Origin: Octopus sinensis
Taxonomy: Eukaryota
DNA length: 7,424 bases
Assembly (NCBI RefSeq): GCF_006345805.1
Contig: NW_021828886.1
Coordinates: 1-7,424 of the forward strand
Direction: 5' to 3'
Below are positions 6,678-7,424 of this stretch, piece by piece. The translations under genes were made by a program, and so were the position numbers. The notes beneath the pieces were generated by a model. It was not told the origin of the DNA. It searched no databases and worked only from the letters and a program-made list of their open reading frames with translations. The first letter of the stretch is position 1. The number at the start of each line of letters is the position of its first letter.

Positions 6678-6820
6678 ATAAATGATGATGATGAAATTTA
6701 ACCATGGGTATTTGTTAATATCATATAAATATGGGCATTTGTTGATAACCTATAGCTATAGGTGGGGAGGTCAAATTTAGCCAAAGGTATTTATTGAAAT
6801 GAAATTGAGCTATTAGTCAA

Positions 6821-6995
6821 TGAGTTGGCAGAATTGTTAACACACCAGGCAAAAAATGCTTTGTAGCATTTCATCCATCTGTTGGTTCTGAGTTCAAATT
6901 TCACCGAGGTCAACTTTACTTTTTATCTTTGCAGGGTTGATAAAATTAGTACCAGTTACGCACTGGGGTTGATGTAAGTGCCAAAATTTGTAATT
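6821..6995 (+). mobile_element. Diverged family A SINE with internal 3' deletion
   Basis: TGAGTTGGCAGAATTGTTAACAC..GTTCTGAGTTCAAATTTCACCGAGGTCAACTTT..GATAAAATTAGTACCAGTTACGCACTGGGGTTGATGTAA aligns to 1381-1535, then GTGCCAAAATTTG resembles ~1000-1012. Confidence 0.85.
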
Positions 6996-7051
6996 CATGG
7001 TAAAGGAATTAGCCAAAGGAATTAGTTAATATCATATAGATAAAATTGTAG

Positions 7052-7280
7052 TCGTGGCCAATGCCAGACTGGCACCCTTGCTTGTAACACTTAAAAAGCA
7101 CCGTTTGACTGTGGATGATGCCAGTGGCACTTAAAAAAGTATCATTCAAGCGTGGTCATTGCCAGTGCTGCCTGACTGGCACTTGTGCTGGTGGCACGTA
7201 AAAAGCACCCACTACTCTCTCAGAGTGGTTGGCATTAGGAAGAGCATCCAGCTGTAGAAACATTGCCAGATCAGACCGGA
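7052..7280 (+). mobile_element. Family B retroposon segment with internal tandem subrepeats
   Basis: Three units ending (GG)CAC(G/T)TAAAAA(A)G, then AAAGCACCCA..GAGTGGTTGGCATTAGGAAGAGCATCCAGCTGTAGAAACATTGCCAGATCAGA matching 2418-2491. Confidence 0.75.
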
Positions 7281-7424
7281 GCGATGGCTGTGTGGTAAGA
7301 AGCTTGCTTCCCAACTACATGGTTCCGGGTTCAGTCCCACAGCAATGCACATTGGGCAAGTGTTTTCTACTGTAATCTCGGTTCGACTAAAGCCTTTTGA
7401 GTGAATTTGGTAGATGGAAACTGA
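7281..7424 (+). mobile_element. tRNA-derived SINE head (family D), runs off window end
   Basis: A-box TGGCTGTGTGG (7285), B-box GGTTCAGTCCC (7328), CORE-like TTGGGCAAGTG. Single copy in the window, so support is promoter boxes plus recollection of octopus repeats. Confidence 0.7.

Overview
This is not a prokaryotic locus and I find no intact gene, CRISPR array or new coding system. It is AT-rich, repeat-saturated animal non-coding DNA (intron or intergenic). The SINE families resemble those I recall from Octopus genomes; that assignment is from memory, not a search. Most bases resolve into a nested stack of decayed mobile elements inserted into a degenerate ~30-bp tandem-repeat backbone. There are four non-LTR retrotransposon fragments, all on the minus strand: a CR1/L2-group RT, an R4/Dong-like endonuclease, a CRE-like endonuclease split by an RTE 3' end with an 11-bp TSD, and that RTE piece. 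There are also three kinds of MITE (mariner-, hAT- and piggyBac-type) and about a dozen SINE or SINE-like copies with swapped head/core/tail modules. The most noteworthy structures are: a two-MITE piggyBac block with a 77-bp passenger sitting in a single TTAA of a SINE end; a ~280-bp inverted local duplication that crosses element boundaries; a SINE inserted in reverse into the core of its own family; and a Dong-like element docked on a SINE's (ATT)n tail. All alignments were done by eye.
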